Assembly (NCBI GenBank): GCA_964016885.1
Contig: OZ024743.1
Span: 298,034,001-298,098,000, forward strand
DNA length: 64,000 nt
Reading direction: 5' to 3'
From: Eledone cirrhosa
Taxonomy: Eukaryota
How positions within the stretch are numbered: the stretch's first letter is position 1; the number at the start of each line of letters is the position of its first letter. Position numbers and translations under genes: made by a program. The notes beneath the pieces are model-generated. The model saw only the letters and a list, made by a program, of their open reading frames with translations, ran no database searches and was not told the DNA's origin. Of the stretch, positions 60,200-64,000 are shown piece after piece.

Positions 60200-61480
60200 A
60201 AACTTGGTGTCCCTTCTGCAGAGTAGGAGATGGCTCTTCTGTCGAGGACTCAAGGGTTTTGCATATCTTGACTTTAACTGGAAACTCATCCAAAGTTGCT
60301 TGAATTGTGTGCTTCTTCCTTACAGATGGTCCTATATGGGAGCAATAGGTTGTTAGTGTCATTCATTACTTTTTGCAAAACACTTGGTGTTTGGGTCTTG
60401 TGCCTTGTTAATGCAAGACATTTGGATTGGAAAGGTAATAAAAGCCTTTTAGTATTTTGGCTTTAGTGAATATAATTGGCTCTGATTCTGGAATCACCTA
60501 TGGTGCCGTTTACCTAACATCATTAAGTCTTCCTTACTTAAAGGCTGCTTGTCTGCCTTACAAGCTGTTGAAATTCTCCATCTCCAACTCCATCTTTAGG
60601 TCAGTACTGAGGGAAACCAAGTTTTTAATCATCCTTGACTGCTGCATCCTACCCCTTGAAATCGTTAACACAATGGGTGTACAATTGATGTTAAGTATGG
60701 TCTGGTAAATATAGTTCTTGAAAAACTGTCTGATGTCGATGTATTTCTTTTACCATATTGATTCAACGGCCTAGTGAAGATTGTAAGAGAGATAGTATTG
60801 CTTAAAAAGTGCTATCACACATTGGTCCATAGATGGGATGAGTGATGTGGTGTTGGGTGGCAAGTACACTATCTTTACAATTGGGTCAAAATCACAGGTT
60901 ATTGGAAAGGCCAGATGCATTGTCCAAAATTGGCTGCGCTTTAAATGGGATGTTTTTTTTTACAATAGTTCTTGACAGCTGGGATGAAATGATTGAAGCG
61001 TTTTTCAAAAGTTACAATAGTTATTATCTATCTAGATGATGGGAAGAGTTTGAAGTCACCAGTGCAATTGACCCCAAGCGTTAGCACTGGCTTCTTGTTG
61101 ACGATTTTGTCGCTTGGCCTGGTCTGGTCTTCTTTGAGATAAAGGATCTGTCGGGTATCCTCTTCCAAAAATTGCTTGTTTCTTTGACATTAAAGATCTG
61201 CTCTGGCAAGATTCCCTTGTCCTCCATGATCTTTTGCAGTGTGGCTGGAAATTCTTTGATGTGACTTCGTTCTGAATCTTGATGTTGTGCAAACTGAAAC
61301 AAGATTTAATGGGAGAAAACCATCCATAGCTTGCAATGAAGATTGTGTACTTCTTCAGCTGACTTGGTATATATTCATGGGTCTGGTGTTTGATTTACAA
61401 TGAAATGAATCTTTCCATATCATGGAAAATCTGGCCTCTCTTCACATTGATGACAACAGTCTTTGCACAATTAAACCTCA
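60200..61480 (-). pseudogene. Degenerate pogo/Tigger-like transposase
   Basis: FIASYGWF, ILPEQIFNVKETSNFWKRIPDRSFISK, and a PxDQxVIAxFK-like segment near 60800-60840. Confidence 0.65.
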
Positions 61481-61708
61481 AAAGATGACACGATCAAATC
61501 TCTGGCGATAGGCGAGTCTTCTGCCGTACAGCATATGTATGTATATGGGTCAGTATCTGTAAGATATTAAATGATTTAAGAAATCTTTTCTACTTTCTGA
61601 ATTTGTTGTATATGCTGTGTCATTATATGTCACACTTCCTTCTTTCCTTAAATTACATCTCTTCTATATTTCTATCTGCCATAAAAACATTGTGCTTTAT
61701 ATATTATT

Positions 61709-62270
61709 ACTGAGATACCCAGCTTCACCTGGGTAAACAGATGATAAGAGAAGACCAGTAGAAGAGAAAACGACTGTATTGGAGGTGTCTGGTTTACAGT
61801 ATGAGGCGTAGATGTGACAAATAAAAAATACAGTCAAAAATATTCCAAATACACCAGATTCTTCATTTTACCATTTGTACATAGTATATGAAGATTTCTA
61901 GGTGTTCCCACACGTGAACAACCTGCATATAACTGTCAATGGGTAAAAACAGATTCTCATATTCAGTCCTACAACTTTGAGACTTCCACCCTGAGCTATA
62001 TTTATGGTCTTAACAAAACTGGCTCTAACAGGGAAATGAAGTCTAGAGAATTTGAATGGCAGCTCGGTAAAGAAAAGGATGAGAGGAATCTTGGGAATAA
62101 ATTAATTTTCTCCTTGATGATTGCCTCCAAGAATAGTAACTTCTAGGAGATGGTTCATCATCTGCCTGACTGTTAAGCATGTGCTATTGTATAGATATGG
62201 CGGGTCCAGGTTTCTCAAAAGGATGATGGGAATCCCAATCTTTTATATTATATATCGATATAGATGATTG
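61709..62270 (-). mobile_element. Helitron 3' end with PIF1 helicase C-terminal remnant
   Basis: Minus strand PFKFSRLHFPVRASFVKTINIAQGGSLKVVGL and SRVG; terminal hairpin CCCAGCTTCACCTGGG. Confidence 0.75.
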
Positions 62271-62598
62271 TATATAAACGTGAGTGTGTGTGTAAACCAG
62301 CATTCAAATCCATGGAAACACTGGCCGTGAAACACAAGCATCGCTGATAACACAGAGAATCTCTTATGGTTGTCTCCTAACCTGTTGGAAATAGCAGTCA
62401 GGTTGGTGAACATACCCGCTATGGTTTTATTCTTTGATGTTATGAAATGAGTATCAATAAACCTTGCTGGGTTATACCCTTATTCCATTGGTGTACTTTT
62501 TGATTGTCAGTTTTTGTTTTTGTGTGATGACACCAACCAACTCACAATTTTAACCCTTTTTGGTCAACTCAAGATATGTATAAGTACTTGTATGTACA

Positions 62599-62671
<73 letters not shown>

Positions 62672-62759
62672 ATATATATATATTGAGACCTGCATCACTA
62701 ATATCCCCCCTCTCCCACTATTACCAAATATAACTGGCTGGTAAGTAATATTATAAACA

Positions 62760-64000
62760 AGGTAACAATGTGAACGGACAGCTCTGGGTGAGCACGCCTA
62801 CTCTCCTTTTTAGACACAAAGCCAGCACTAAGCCATCATTCACCACCAGAAACATAATACTGCCTCCCCAAGACTTCAGAGCTGCAACCATCAATGTATA
62901 GACGCTGAAAGGTAGGTTAGGTGAGATTGTGGAGATGCTCGAGTGTAAGATGATGTATGCTGTATACAAGAGACCTGGCGGAGTGGAGAATCTTCCAAAC
63001 TCCTAGTAGATAGAAAACAACGTTTTAAATTCTTCTGGAAAGGCTTGGCGGTGTAGGTATTATGCTAGCTGGTAAATAGTTGGACAAGTTAATCACAGTA
63101 AATAGAATATATGACAGGTTCATCTCACTTAGGCTCATCGTAAACAGAAAAATGGTACCAATCGTCTTGTCTATGCATCCCAATCCAGTCTGCCAGACGA
63201 ACCTGTTTACGAGTCCCTAATAAGTGCAACCTCCCAAACCAGTAAAACTGACTTCGCCATTATTACCGGCGACTTCAATGTGGGGAGACTAATTGATGGA
63301 TACCATGGGGGTTCATGGAGTTTTCGTGTTTCTGAGGCTCCTAGAATTCTGCAATACAACTTTAAGAAACCAGCTAAAATGACTATATCCTCACCAGAAG
63401 AGAAGACAGAGCAACGGTTGTAAACACAAAAAGCATCCCAGATGAGGAATGCACATCGCATCATAACCTGATAATCAGCATCTTTAGAGCCAGAACCAGA
63501 TAGACCCGGAGTCAGAAAACCACCCCGAGAAGGATATGGAAGCTGAAGGAGTCCCAGCTTGTAACAAATTCAAGAGATTCTTACTTGACACCTTTGATAG
63601 CAAGGAAGAAATGAAGATATACGATATTGAGGCTTCTTGATAGATAACCTACTGAAAGGGACAATTGAGATTTGTGGATGGTGCAAGGCCCCGGGGAGGA
63701 GTAGTAGAATCACTTGGTGGTGGAATAACTAGGTGGACGGGGCAATTAAGCCAAAAGATAAGCATGGAAAAACGGAGGGAGCAGGCACTCCTAGGAAGAA
63801 GCCAGAAGAGAGGTTAGATGGCAAGAAATAAAGAAAATGAAATGTTTGAGGACCAAAAATGATAGGTGTTGAGGATTGTAAAACCGAGATGTTATTGCCC
63901 TCTGGGACACCAAAAAGAAAGCCTGCCCCAAGCAACAGATGGTCTATCTGTACGTGTAAGCAACAACCTAGTAAGTAAGGCAATTAAAAATATGAAGACT
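62760..64000 (+). pseudogene. Old degenerate RTE LINE (endonuclease to linker), running off the window end
   Basis: Residual similarity to 51570-52990: INVxTLKGR, QETW, GDFN, IWKLK, TWWWN. Confidence 0.7.

Overview
AT-rich, microsatellite-laden animal genomic DNA. The repeat content and style suggest a mollusc, probably a cephalopod such as Octopus (inference). Most of the window is transposon debris: two hAT elements, a Gypsy-type pol remnant and an LTR with a tRNA-Trp PBS, CRE, CR1 and RTE LINEs, tRNA-derived SINEs that share RTE 3' tails, Helitrons, a pogo remnant and a Penelope-like GIY-YIG ORF. One spliced host gene can be assembled on the + strand. Six exons at 40834-57756 have consistent intron phases and encode a BTB/POZ domain plus several SUMO-interacting-like motifs; a phase-compatible candidate first exon at 8432-8866 encodes a FAR1/ZSWIM3/MULE-type zinc finger. 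The most notable signal is a near-perfect 466-bp tandem array at 42090-44380, inside an intron of that gene. Each complete unit carries a minimal type I hammerhead ribozyme with a palindromic stem III plus an octamer motif, and the array is arranged as an inverted block, like a retrozyme or a Penelope pseudo-LTR. Several more hammerhead motifs lie between 28 and 37.8 kb, including a U3-A8 covariant core in the loop of a 136-bp inverted repeat. Coordinates were counted by hand, and family assignments come from motif recognition, not database searches.
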